From NCBI GenBank assembly GCA_951406725.2, contig OX597834.1, positions 44,516,001 through 44,580,000 on the forward strand: a DNA stretch of 64,000 nucleotides, written 5' to 3'. The position numbers and the translations under genes were made by a program. Below the pieces are notes generated by a model. It searched no databases and had not been told where the DNA came from. It saw only the letters and a program-made list of their open reading frames with translations. How positions within the stretch are numbered: the stretch's first letter is position 1; each line of letters begins with the position of its first letter. The DNA is from Octopus vulgaris. Taxonomy: Eukaryota. Shown here in pieces: positions 38,560 through 50,489 of this stretch.

Positions 38560-38727
38560 AGGTGCAGGTGTGGCTGTGTGGTAAGAAGCTAGCTTCCCAA
38601 CTACTTGGTTCCAGGTTCAGTCCCACTGAGTTGCACTTTAGGCAAGTAACATGTATCAATAGCCTATAGTCGACCAAATCCTTGTTAGTGGATTTGGTAG
38701 ACGGAAAATGAAAGAAGCCTGTCGTAA
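38560..38727 (+). mobile_element. SINE family A, 5' half
   Basis: Head to GTAGACGGAAA..GAAAGAAGCC, ending in a microsatellite. Confidence 0.85.
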
Positions 38728-38869
38728 ATACATATATGTATGTATGTATGTATGTATATGTATATATGTATAGAGAAAGAGGCAATTATGCAGATAAACA
38801 AATTAGATTCATCATGTATATAAAATATGTTAAATATATTAAATACATTAGTGTGGATACGAAACAAAA

Positions 38870-38907
<38 letters not shown>

Positions 38908-39700
38908 TACATGCCAAAGGAGGGGAAGCAAATGGCAGAAAGTTTAAGATGATGAAATTTTACGTATAAAGATATAAATATGTATTTTAATAGTCCAACG
39001 TACACTGATAATAGACAACAAATGTAATTTAAGGGGGTGGAAGAAAGGTGTTATAAATCCAACAGCTATTTGTGAGGCCTGGGCAATCCGTAATGATATT
39101 GGTATTTTAGTTCATCACAATCTGCAGCCGTATGGATGCAATTAACACTGGTTAAGAGGAGCCTCCGTCATCAAGGTAGAGAACATTTTACCTTTCAGAT
39201 CATGATGCAAAGAACTTCAAAGACAGATTTTAGAGATTAAAGTTTCACTAAGTCACCCAATATTTTACCTAGCACATTAGAGGTGCAGCCATGCATACCA
39301 ATCTCTCGGGGTACCAGAGCAACACAACCAGTCATCAACCAGTCTTTCCTGGTTGTTTCCGTACTCTTCACATTCGACACCCTTTCCAATATGACATACA
39401 TCCGAAACATACAGTGAAACACTAAAGATCTTCACTGCCAACACCGCAATCAACCGCGGAAAATCAGTCCTCAACACTATTTTGTAAATTTTATGTTTAC
39501 GTGTATGTATTGAAGCTGATATATTGTGCCGGGTAGATAGTGTCATATATCATCAAAACGGTGAGGTTGTCACTGTTTACAGATGGGATAACTATGATAT
39601 AAAGCTATGTATCTCTATGTACCTGCAAGTTGTGTAATATAAATGTCAATGGCAGGTGGTGGAGGAGTGGCTGTGTGGTAAGTAGCTTGTTTACGAACTA

Positions 39701-40112
39701 CAGCTAGACAAACTCTTAAAGCTAGTGAAAAACACCAAAACTCATGACGTAACATTCCGGACAAACTCCTGCAAACATTTGTGCCGAGTATGCATCAGCG
39801 AATTTTTAAAGTTATTCGCTGGAATGGTGGAGCTACAAACTATTGACCCCCAACCCCTTGTTTACTATTTATTCATTGTTTCCGTTTGTTATTTGTCATG
39901 GGTTTAAACTTTTGACCAGGCAAAATATTGTTCGTCTTCATACGAGGCACACTTTCTGCATCCAACGTTAAACCTTTCTTTAGGTTTTCGTAAATCCTTT
40001 TTCTATTTGCCATTTATGAATCTATAATAAGAAAATACTCGAATATATCGGTCTGCAAGGAGTTCATTTCAGCATTTTTTTCACTGGTCTTAAGATTTTG
40101 TCCATCAGTGTA
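39701..40112 (+). mobile_element. Tc1-like transposon 3' remnant with right TIR
   Basis: 39721-39846 translates ..*RNIPDKLLQTFVPSMHQRIFKVIRWNGGATNY*, a Tc1-type C-terminus. Terminus GGTCTTAAGATTTTGTCCATCAGTG followed by TA. Confidence 0.8.
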
Positions 40113-40488
40113 TCCAGGCGAATAATTTCAGCAAGGGTTTGACTATGCTATAAGCGGTGTAAGCAGCCACTAAAGTTTCACTCTTTCAACATTTCCTTCA
40201 ACCTATCAAGGCTACGTTTTGTTTTTATTTCCTGATAACCTATAATGAAATTTATTTCATTTAGCAACAGTTCGTTTTGTAGTACGAGTTCTTCTGTCGA
40301 CTAACATGATTTATTAGCATGTCTTATTGCCATTGACGATCCGAAGATTAAATTGAAATTTTTGGGTAAAAGTTATTTTTAATTTAATCTATTTCCCTCG
40401 TTATTGGTTGTTTCTGTTACTGCTTTATTTAAAAAAAATTCTGAAGTTCTTTAGATTTTTATGTTATTTATATTAATTTTGTTGTTGC

Positions 40489-40542
<54 letters not shown>

Positions 40543-41139
40543 CATCATCATCATCATCATCATCATCATCGTCGTCGTCATCATTATTATTACTATTACT
40601 ATTATTGCACTTTTTATAATTATATTTCCTTTTAATTAAAAGTTCACAACGCTTAATGTTATATTTAACCCGTTTTCTCTTAATTCGTTTTCTTTCTGAA
40701 ATTTTAAAGAAACATTTTTATTATTTTTGTATCTTTAATACAGCTTCTTATTTTTCTTTCCACTTAGAAACTAATTGAAATTTCAGAAACAGAATGAATG
40801 AAAGAAAGAAGAAAATTCTAGATTTCCTTCAGTAGTTTCTTTCCATCGTTCACCAGCAATTTTTGTTGTTGTTGTCGTTGTTATGATGGGGGTTTAACTC
40901 TTTGTATATTAGCTGATAGTATTGATGATTAAAAGAACCCAGCTTGTTGGTTGAGAGGTTGGTTACATTACTAAATACACAACGCAAAAAAATGATAATA
41001 AAGTACATTATTACACGCATTTCTGGTATTTAGTAAACACAGTTTGAGAGGGTTAAGTTATCGAAAATTAAGCAGAAAGAATATACTTATGGAGTATGTA
41101 ACGTATGATTTCGGAGTTGAATAACAGATTACTTTTTTA

Positions 41140-41490
41140 AATAGAGGTAAACAATTTCTGACCTCAACCTTGCTGTATCGGCTCTCACCTTAACACGGAA
41201 GAGAGAGAAATCAATAAATGCAGGCGCTTGACCAGTCGCTGTACGTTTGTGCCGGCCATCGTCGAGTCGTCCAGTGTTCTCGGTCCCCGTACTAACGATT
41301 TCCTCCGCAAAATTGGTATAATGGTGTCCTGTCTGGGAAAAAAGGCCCTCAAGGTGTTGTGGCTGCTGCAACGAGTTTCTCTGACTATTCTTAGCAGAAA
41401 TGCCATCACGGTCATTACAGTAGGGCTCGACTGGGTACATCATTTGTTCCGGGGTGCATGGTCCATCGTCTCTTCCCTTCCATGTACTGC
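41140..41490 (-). mobile_element. L1/Tx1-like LINE ORF2 C-terminal remnant
   Basis: EETMDHA (zinc-knuckle-like) and GQA..F...RVKVRADTARL motifs across frames. Confidence 0.55.
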
Positions 41491-41870
41491 AGTTTTTGTT
41501 TGTTTTTCCTTTTTTATGTTTCTTTTATTTTTATTTATTTTATTTTTTGTATTTAAATGCTAGAATTTAAAATGTAACCACTTGTATAATTGACTGTAGA
41601 AATAAACAATTTATTTTTATATTTTTCGCCCGTCAAGAACCTAAAATAAATTTCAAATGTGTAAGAGTAGATGTAAAATATTTTATATACACCTGTCTCA
41701 TTCGTCGTTTAAGACAAATAATTCTTGCTTAACAATCAACGAATCTTCTTATTCACTGAATTACAGTGAAATGACGGATTATTTCATTGATGTTTGTACC
41801 AGTTCATTTCTTAGCAGTATCAGTGTAACACAATGTAGAATAGGCTGGCACTGAATTTCACTGTAATATA

Positions 41871-41919
<49 letters not shown>

Positions 41920-41995
41920 ATATAAATAATATATAAATATATGCATATATACATACATATATGTACATATATATGTATATATATATGTATATATG

Positions 41996-42162
41996 TGTAC
42001 AGGATATAAAAAAACGTTGAACACAATAAGGAACGAAAACATAAAAAGAAAAACATAGAAACGAACATTTTTGTGAAGAACGAAAAATAACAGAGAAACG
42101 AGACATGCAACAAAAAGAATATTCCCCTTCTTCAGTTGTCCCTGTTTCATCTACTCCGCGTT

Positions 42163-42165
<3 letters not shown>
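41996..42165 (-). repeat. Unclassified TA-flanked repeat, homologous to 34035-34203
   Basis: Minus strand starts CGAAACGCGGAGTAGATGAAAC directly after (TA)n. Confidence 0.7.
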
Positions 42166-42233
<68 letters not shown>

Positions 42234-42334
42234 GTATAAAATACTTTTTACTGAATCTCAGTTTTTTATATGCTTGAAGACTGGTGTTAAATTGATGTTA
42301 TAAAATTAATATCCAATTTTGACCCTCATTTTGA

Positions 42335-42387
<53 letters not shown>

Positions 42388-42596
42388 AGATAATGGTGTC
42401 ATTGAGACCCAGAAGTGTCAGGTAATGCTGAATAAGTGCTATAGACAGACCATAGTTAAGTTCCAGATTTGGTAATATTGCGAATAAAGAGTTCAACGTT
42501 GGTTCTATGTCAGCGTGTGTATATAAGAATTTTATGCGTAATAAGATAAAAAGAAACCAAGGCTGTATAGATATTAGAGCATTTATAAGATAAAAG

Positions 42597-42651
42597 GTCT
42601 TACAGCTGTTTCTAGGATATTAATTAATAATAATATCCCTTCGTCGGAGAC
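42597..42651 (-). ncRNA. Minimal type-I hammerhead motif, core CCGACGA
   Basis: Minus strand: gtct CCGACGA a gggatatta ttattaat taatatcct a GAAA cagctg T A agac. Palindromic ACAGCTGT helix III. Confidence 0.7.
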
Positions 42652-43399
42652 GGTGTGAGAGGAAAGTTATGTCATAGTTAGTTTCGATGTGATACAAAAT
42701 AGAGAGTGAGGTGGAGGAAAGAAAATAGATGCAAGATATGTATGGGTATTGAGTTCATAAATCCGTTTTATAGGCATCAGGGTATATATGTGTAATATTC
42801 CAATAACCTTTGAGTAAAGTCCAAAAGTCCAACAGAGTTTAAAATGAGTCCTTCCAAATATAGAGCTTATAAGCAATGTAACATGTCTAGCTTTCATGTC
42901 GTTAACAAATAATAATGGTCAGAAAATAAATGCTTTGGATTATATGCTTACTTAATAAGAGCTAATCTGAAGCTGCCCAAAGCCAACAGCAACACCTACC
43001 TGATTTTAGGAATTCATTGGAGTTGATTCGTTTTAATCATTCCCACCAAACTCTTGTTTTCCCTCCTACCAACCTTCACTTCAGGCTGGACATCCTCATT
43101 AATTCTATCATGTAGCGGCGTTCTGCGAAGCTTATAGATATTCTCCGACCGTTTCTGATTAGACTAATTTCTTCGACATTAATCACTTATAATCGTTGTT
43201 CTTATTTTTGCTATGATTGCTAAATATGATGATCACTGTCATTAATTCTAGTATTGATTGTATTTTAGTCGTTGTCGTCCTCTTCCTCATCATGTTTATC
43301 TGCTGCTTTTTAATGGCCGCGTCGTGCTTTTGGCAACTCTCATAAAAGTAGGTGTTGTCATTGATTGTAACGCTGTTGTTGGTTGTGTTTTGTTGTTGT

Positions 43400-43800
43400 T
43401 ATGCATGATGATAATGATGATGAAGATGATGATGATGATGATGACGACGACGACGACGGAGAAGAAAAAGAAGAAGAAGGAAAAAAAGAAAAAGAAGAGG
43501 GAGGAGAAGAAGAAGAAGAAAGAGAAGAGAATGAATAAGAAAGATAAGAGGAAGAAGAAGAAGAAAGAGAAGAGGAAGAGGAAGAAGAAAGAGAAGAGGA
43601 AGAGGAAGAAGAAAGAGAAGAGGAAGAAGAAGTAGAAGAATAAGCTGCCGACGACGATGATGATGGTGGTAGTGGTGGTGTTGCTGCTGATGATGATGAT
43701 GATGATTAGGATTGATATGACGCCGACAACGATAGTGATATTGCGATGGCGGTGGTGGTGGTGGTGGTGGTGGTGTGATGTTACGGTGATGGTGGTACCG
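43400..43800. repeat. (GAT)n/(GAC)n/(GAA)n/(GGT)n low-complexity mosaic
   Basis: Directly visible. Confidence 0.9.
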
Positions 43801-43818
43801 TTTCAGATTCATGTTTCT

Positions 43819-44046
43819 TATTTCTTTACTGCCCAGAAGGAGCTATACACAGAGGGGACAAACAAGGACAAACGGATTAAGTCGATTATATCGACCCCAG
43901 TGCGTAACTGGTACTTATTTAATCAACCCCGAAAGGGTGAAAGGCAAAGTCGACCTCGGCGGAATTTGAACTTAGAACGTAACGGCAGACGAATACCACT
44001 AAGCATTTCGCCCGGCGCGCTAACGTCTCTGCCAGCTCACCGCCTT
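43819..44046 (-). mobile_element. SINE family B, full length, with ~17-bp target-site duplication
   Basis: TTCAGATTCATGTTTCT (43802-43818) versus TTTAGATTCACGTTTCT (44046-44062). Confidence 0.92.
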
Positions 44047-45140
44047 TTAGATTCACGTTTCTGATGGTCCCGAGAATAAAACATTGTAATTATTTTCTAT
44101 ATTGTTCGTTTGTGGATTAACAGAGGCGATATCGTCAATGATAAACTGCTTTGTGGTATTCGCAGCGTAATGTTGCGTGCGAGAGATTTGTACAGGTTTG
44201 TCGTGTGTCCATAATTAAAACATTTAATTCCTCAGGGCCTCTTGTAATATACCCCAAAATTATTGAGGCATTATAAACAATAGATACTTTGTTTTAACTA
44301 ATAGGAATACTTATGTAACTGAGATATTACCTCACGAAAAAACGATTTAGTATTCTCTAGATGTGGATTAATCATGTTAAAAAGAATGGCCATTGTGTGC
44401 TGTGTTTCAGAATATCTCCAATGCCATTGAAATCGTGAAGGAATAATCTGTGAAACGATTCTGTCATTTTCTTCTCGTCAACAGTTCTAGTCATGCGAAT
44501 GGTTCAATTTAATCGATGTTATATAATAATAAATCTTACTACTGAAAGAAGGAGTGAGAGCGAGAGAAAGAGAGAGAGAGAAAGGGTAAACTTACTGAGA
44601 ATATAAATGAGGGGATAAAGAGAGTGAGTCTGAGAGCGCAGTTACAAATCGTTATAATGGCCAGCACAAGCAAAAGCTAAACTGTTGATAGCGGATTGTG
44701 TAATCTAGTCGTCACCACTACCCGGGGTAGTTGGCATCTAGATGTGAAATGCTCAAGGGAAGGTAGAGTAAATCATGAGTAGAGTAATTTACATCGTAGA
44801 TCTTACCAACCAGAGCGGATTTGGAGATGAACCACAGCAATAAAAAACTCATCGGTTTGCAACGAGGGAAGTTCTGTTTGTTTGCAGGGAGTCTTTGGAA
44901 TAATAGACTAATATACATAAAATCACACTTACCGTCTCAAATATGGAAATGGTGTGTGTGATAATGTCGCGTATCAAACGTGTGAAAGGGAAGGGATGAT
45001 CAGAAATGAAATTCATTTGGTAAGAGATCGATAGGAAGAATGGGGAGGAGGACTCAGGTCGAAACAACAACAGCGACAAGTGTAAAGGGGACGACATCGA
45101 GAATATACACGACAACAACAACAATAAAAGCTTGAAATTC

Positions 45141-45173
45141 AGTAACAACAACAACAACAATAGTAACAGCAAC

Positions 45174-45204
<31 letters not shown>

Positions 45205-45215
45205 TCAACAACAAC

Positions 45216-45256
<41 letters not shown>

Positions 45257-45307
45257 AAGGAGGAGAAGAAGAAGAAGAAGAAGAAGAAGAAGAAGAAGAA
45301 GAAGAAG

Positions 45308-45337
<30 letters not shown>
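45141..45337. repeat. (AAC)n/(AGC)n/(AGT)n/(AGA)n trinucleotide mosaic
   Basis: Directly visible. Confidence 0.95.
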
Positions 45338-45338
<1 letters not shown>

Positions 45339-46276
45339 TGTCATTAACAAGTAGAATACACTGACACTAGCTTTTTAACCCCCCAATCGATTTTAACATC
45401 GAAAAAGGATGCGTCTTCTCAGAGGTACAATTTTGTTGTTGCTAGTTTTAGGAATTTGCAAGTGTTGGCACTTTGAGTGCGTTGTAGCTGGGACATCCAT
45501 CCCTAATTTCTTAAACGGCCATAATGATGCTAGTTTGTATTTCACTCTGCTATATATTTTATCGATATCTATTTTTCCAACCGCCGTGCAAGGCGTCACA
45601 AAGCGACAACATATATATACAACTGCATATTCGAGAGCGTAAACATAGACTCTCGCCCCCCCCTCTCTCTCTCTCTCTCCCACGCTCACACACATACACT
45701 CACACGCCCATACAAATGTGTATCTATCTACCTACCTACATATAAGGTGTTTAAAATAAACAGCAAGCTGCATGAAATGTATATCAAGCCAGAAAATGTT
45801 TGCTATAAAACTGCCTTAGGAATACTCAAGCATATACTGACATGAGGCAACAGTAACTCACTGACCTGGAGGTATTAATAACACCATTAAAACCACTTTA
45901 GAAACGATTTTTATCACCTCAATGTATTAATTACATTAGGTGTCCAGCAATAACTACGTTTTCTTGTAGAAAGCACCAACACTCGCTGATCATCGATTGA
46001 TTAGAAATACTCGTGCAAAGCATTGAAGCTAACAGATCATTTAAAGCGATATTTTAGTTCAATATTTTCCAGTTGGATGAAAATTATCTTCGTTGGGTAA
46101 AAATAGTCAAATGATATCCAAAACTGTTGAATTTGCTGTAGCTGATTCATGCATTCTGGTTTTGATTACAATGAATGTCCGTTATAAATGTCTGTCACAA
46201 TAACACCCTCTGGCTATAAACGCAGCTAACTAATTCCGTGATTGCATTCACGAGTCAGTTGTTGTTATTGAAGTTC

Positions 46277-47573
46277 ATGATATCGAATTTATACGTAATT
46301 AATAAGGGTAAATTAAGGTATCAATAATGGATTTTTTTACAACAAAGACTAAAAGCATTGATTTCAAAAACTACTGGTGATATGAAGTTAGAAGTTATCG
46401 AGGACACTTTATCATGCAAAATGAATGCGGTATCACTCTTGAAATTCTTTGCGATTATCCTAGTTCTACAGTCCGAAATACCATTTTGAATACAAAACAA
46501 AATAATAAGAAAACTTCAATAGAAACGTCCCATTTCCCATTATATCATTGCAGAAGACTTTTTTCCCGAATATTTATGATTTCCATTCGCTTTAAAATCG
46601 AAGGGAGTTGTCTGGAAAGAAATCACCATTTACCAAACCTTCCACAATCAATTGAGCAAATTGTTAGTCAGAGTAAATTAAGACTTCTAGGTAAAGAAAT
46701 ATTCATGATTACTGAGAATGCGGCTGCTGGTACAAACCGAATTCCATTCATTCCATCCCCGTCGTTCTCTGCGTTGCTTGAGTTCCCAACAATATGCAGT
46801 GCATCGTTCGATAGCTGTCCTGATTTGTTCTACCGACTGCGAAGATAAGTTGTACGTATGGATTCTGCAGCCTCAACGATACCGGAATGTTTCGACAAAT
46901 AATAGAACGCTACAACAAATACCAACAAATCTTTAGTGAGATTTTTCGTTAACCGTATTCTAGAGAAGTATTTAAGAAGTGCCAGCCTTAACTTCGAACT
47001 GGCTGCTTTCGTTCGTATGATAGATGTTAGCAAACTCGCTCAATTTCGTTCCTTTTGGATATGTCAGTATGAAAAATAATTGCCTTCGTGTAATAATAAT
47101 GATATATTTGTCTATCGTGGGGCATTGAGAAAGCATTCGAACCTGTTCCATCACACAATCTCCTGAATGCTTTTCCTAACTGCAAGAAGCGTTGCCAAAT
47201 CAGATGCATCCTCTTCTCAAATATTTCGAGAAATTATCTGCGAAATTAATGAGAACGATTATTCAATCGCCTTGAATAAAATCTGTACAATGAAACAAAA
47301 TGCTGAGTGGATGCATAAATCCTATTGAATTCTGGTAGAGAGTTTCGTTCCGTTGTTCAATCGAATCTAAATGTTTAAACCCTGATGGATGTTATTTATA
47401 AAGAACAGTACCTAAGGGAATCGCAGATATCCATTCTACAAAATGACGAATTTTTATGCCCTAAAAATTTAGAACTCGTTATTTGCACACAAAGAATCCG
47501 AACTTCAACAATGCAAATAAAGGCATTTTCTGTGAAAATTAGGATTTTGCACATAAACTTGGAAATACATTAA
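46277..47573 (+). pseudogene. Decayed FLYWCH-domain Mutator-like (MULE) transposase
   Basis: Colinear motifs across frames: NGFFYNKD..YW*YEVRSYRG (FLYWCH-like), NRIPF..PSFSALLE...FDSCPDLFYRL, LQEALPNQMHPLLKYFE.NY, IEFW*REFRSVVQ..NV*TLMDVIYKEQ. Confidence 0.75.
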
Positions 47574-47584
47574 CTTGCATTATA

Positions 47585-47801
47585 TACGAGGTGGGTGTTG
47601 AAAGGTTCTTGGCTTTAAGGGTATCACGAAAGGAATGGTTGCAGCCCCGTCCTTCCGATTTCTCTTTTGCGACGCTTAAAAAATCTAAAGGACTCCTGCA
47701 GTAAGTGTGAATCTGAGAGGGGAATATGTGGAATAAAATTATAATTAACTGATTTTCTTTTCTTTATCGTAAAACCAGGAACTTTTCAGCCTCCCTTCAC
47801 A
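47585..47801 (+). mobile_element. mariner-derived MITE
   Basis: Imperfect TIRs TACGAGGTGGGTGTTGAAAGGTTCTTGGCTTTA and TAAAACCAGGAACTTTTCAGCCTCCC. Internal ..NLRGEYVE* transposase end. Confidence 0.8.
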
Positions 47802-48054
47802 ATGTGTCTATAATTACATTTACTTTCTTGTAATGAAAAAAGAGATCACCTGACAACAATTTTTAAAACGCTTCATTTAAAATATAATTTATCATTTTAA
47901 GCGGACGTTGATTTCATTGATTTTTCTCATTTTCTACAAATATTTAGTCACTATTTTGTGCATTGTATGTGCTTCTATCAAGCGTATCTTTGATTAATGT
48001 GACGTGTGTATGCACGCACGCGGTAATCTATACGTGTTTATATATATTTTATAT

Positions 48055-48175
48055 TTTACTTGTTTCAGTCAGCTGACTGCAGCCATGCTGGAGCGCCGCC
48101 TTCGACAACTTTTAGTCGAACGAATTGAACCCAGTATTTTCTTGCTTTTACGCCTTGTACTTACTCCATCAGTCT
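48055..48175 (-). mobile_element. SINE family A tail fragment
   Basis: TTTTACTTGTTTCAGTC..GCCATGCTGGAGC. Confidence 0.75.
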
Positions 48176-48204
48176 ATCATATTTATATATTATTGCACTA
48201 CGTA

Positions 48205-48248
48205 GGTGCTGATGAGGATCCACTTATCCGCCCGAAACACTGTTCACT
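48205..48248 (+). ncRNA. Hammerhead motif with intact CUGAUGA/GAAA core
   Basis: ggtg CTGATGA ggat ccactt atcc gccc GAAA cactg T T cact. Helix II is irregular. Confidence 0.55.
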
Positions 48249-48552
48249 GATATACCGTGTAAAACACTGACCACTCTATAGAAGTGAGCACATTTAACAT
48301 AGTTGCCTAGAAGAACCGGTGTGACGTAATGTCTTATGAGAAGCCTGTATCTTTGAATTACAGGTATTACGCATCCAAGAGGCTGTCTATGCAGTTTTCA
48401 TCACCTCAATATCACGTATGATTCAAGTATAAAATATAATTTTCTCAAATTGCCATTTAGAGGTTTCGAATCCGAAGCCGCTTAAACACTAAGCAAATTT
48501 CATTCTCTTTCTGTATCTGGCCTCTCATACGCGAACACAAACGCACACAAAC

Positions 48553-48591
<39 letters not shown>

Positions 48592-48849
48592 GATACACAC
48601 ACACACAGTGATTGAGGGCGCTGTTCAGCACCAGTATTGCTAGAGACAAGAGTCTCCCTTCTCACTCAATAAGATGGTGCTTATTGTGGCTATGAGTTGT
48701 TTTGACTCTTATCTTTAACAATACCGGGTCTAAATACGTCCTCAGTCGCTTTAGTGACGTATATATGTTTGGACTACGGTTGAAAAATTGCTAACAAGCT
48801 ACCCTTAATGTATATATATATGTGTTTGTGTGTGCGCGCGCGCGCGTGT

Positions 48850-49068
48850 GTGTTTGTGTATTTATGTATCTGTTTGTCTGTATTTTTCCCCACCATTGTT
48901 TGACAACCGGTGTTGGTGTTTTTACGTCCCCGTAACATAGCGGTTCGGCGGAACGGAACGATACAATAAGTACTAGGCTTACAAAGAATAAGTATTGGGG
49001 TCGATTTGTTCGACTGAAAGCGGTGCTCCAGCCTGGCCGCAATCAAATGCCGGAAACAAGTAAAAGAA
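48850..49068 (+). mobile_element. SINE family A, 3' half
   Basis: TTGACAACCG..TACGTCCCCGTAAC..GGCGGTGCTCCAGC..GAAACAAGTAAAAG. Confidence 0.85.
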
Positions 49069-49408
49069 CAGAATAATCTATGCACACAGATCAGCATTGC
49101 CCACACACACATATACATACATCAGATTTATACATCTATAGACGCAGAGTTTCGTTTTTAGTTCTTAGTCACCTATTTCCTCCCAAACACCTACCGACAT
49201 TAAGATATTTGGCTCACAGATTCCAATGACTTTGTGTATTTCAAGTGTAATTGGTTGTATAAGAAAATACTCAAAACCGACATTGACAGCAAAACAATAA
49301 AATTAAAAATTAATATTAGAATCCAATAGAGTCAGCAAGACGTCAAATTCTTCGTATAACGACAGGAACTGAGTGATGCTTCGATGATCTAATGTTCTTT
49401 GCATAGTT

Positions 49409-49460
<52 letters not shown>

Positions 49461-49536
49461 CACATGCACACACTCACATACATGTATATATATATATACA
49501 TACATATATATACATATGCATACATATATATATGCA

Positions 49537-49588
<52 letters not shown>

Positions 49589-50071
49589 CAAACATATATA
49601 TAGGCATTCATATATATATATATACGTATGCATATATATATATATGTATGTATAAAACAGTATAGCATAGCTATTATGGGGTATGTATATTATTGTGAGT
49701 TCAGCAAATGGCGTCATAGAGTATTCCATCACAATACCATCAATAAAATCAATTCCATTGAAATCGATATCGATCATTTCAGGCAATAAGCAATTAGGAT
49801 TTCGAACAAAGAGTTGATAAAACATTTTAGTCGGTAGTTTTATAATTATAGACGGATCTGTAAAAGAGATAAGGGTACCTTGACTGAAGCTAGTTGCTAT
49901 CTGAACATTAAGCTAACAAAGAAACTTTGGGTAATGAGGGCTAACAAAAGCGCAAAGGAACGGAAAATGCAATAAAACTTTGTGGCTAAATAACTGTACG
50001 GACCTGTGGGATTTTAAAAGCGAAAATCTTTATATAATCTATATATTAGCGACAGAGGCAGTATAAATACC

Positions 50072-50489
50072 GAGAGATAATATTTATCCCCACTTAAACG
50101 TGGATGTTCAATTTTTTTATACGCCCTTTTCAAGCTTAGCCTGGCTCATTCCTGGGCCCGGTTTCCCGGTTTCAATGCCGTATATGTTCCCCAGCTGGAC
50201 AGGACGCCAGTCCATCGCAACGTTGCTCATTTTTGCCAGCTGAGTGGACTGGAGCAACGTGAAATGAAGTGTATTGCTCAAGAACACAACGTGTCGCTCG
50301 GTCCAGGAATCGAAACCACAATCTTACGATCATGATGCTGACACCTTAACCACTAAGCCACGCGCCTCCGCTGATGTTCTATTAGAACAAACTATATTTC
50401 GGTCCCTTTTTCTCTCATGGTACCTGCCGCTGTATAGTTTATTCGAATAAAAAAAATCCACATTTAAGTGGGGATAAATTTTACCTCTC
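50072..50489. mobile_element. MITE with ~34-bp TIRs, interrupted by a SINE D
   Basis: GAGAGATAATATTTATCCCCACTTAAACGTGGAT versus ATCCACATTTAAGTGGGGATAAATTTTACCTCTC. Confidence 0.75.
50114..50372 (-). mobile_element. SINE family D
   Basis: Homologous to 8488-8751. A box TGGCTTAGTGG. Probable TSD GATGTTCAATT/GATGTTCTATT. Confidence 0.9.

Noticed and set aside
43258-43812. Poly-K/M/H/P ORFs (also 4249-4929, 5768-6345, 44849-45350, 55949-56255)
   Set aside because: Trinucleotide mosaics open in several frames on both strands, with no splice or domain support.
44925-45130. Minus-strand donor G/GTAAGTG suggesting an exon
   Set aside because: No convincing acceptor or coding frame. Unsupported without RNA data.
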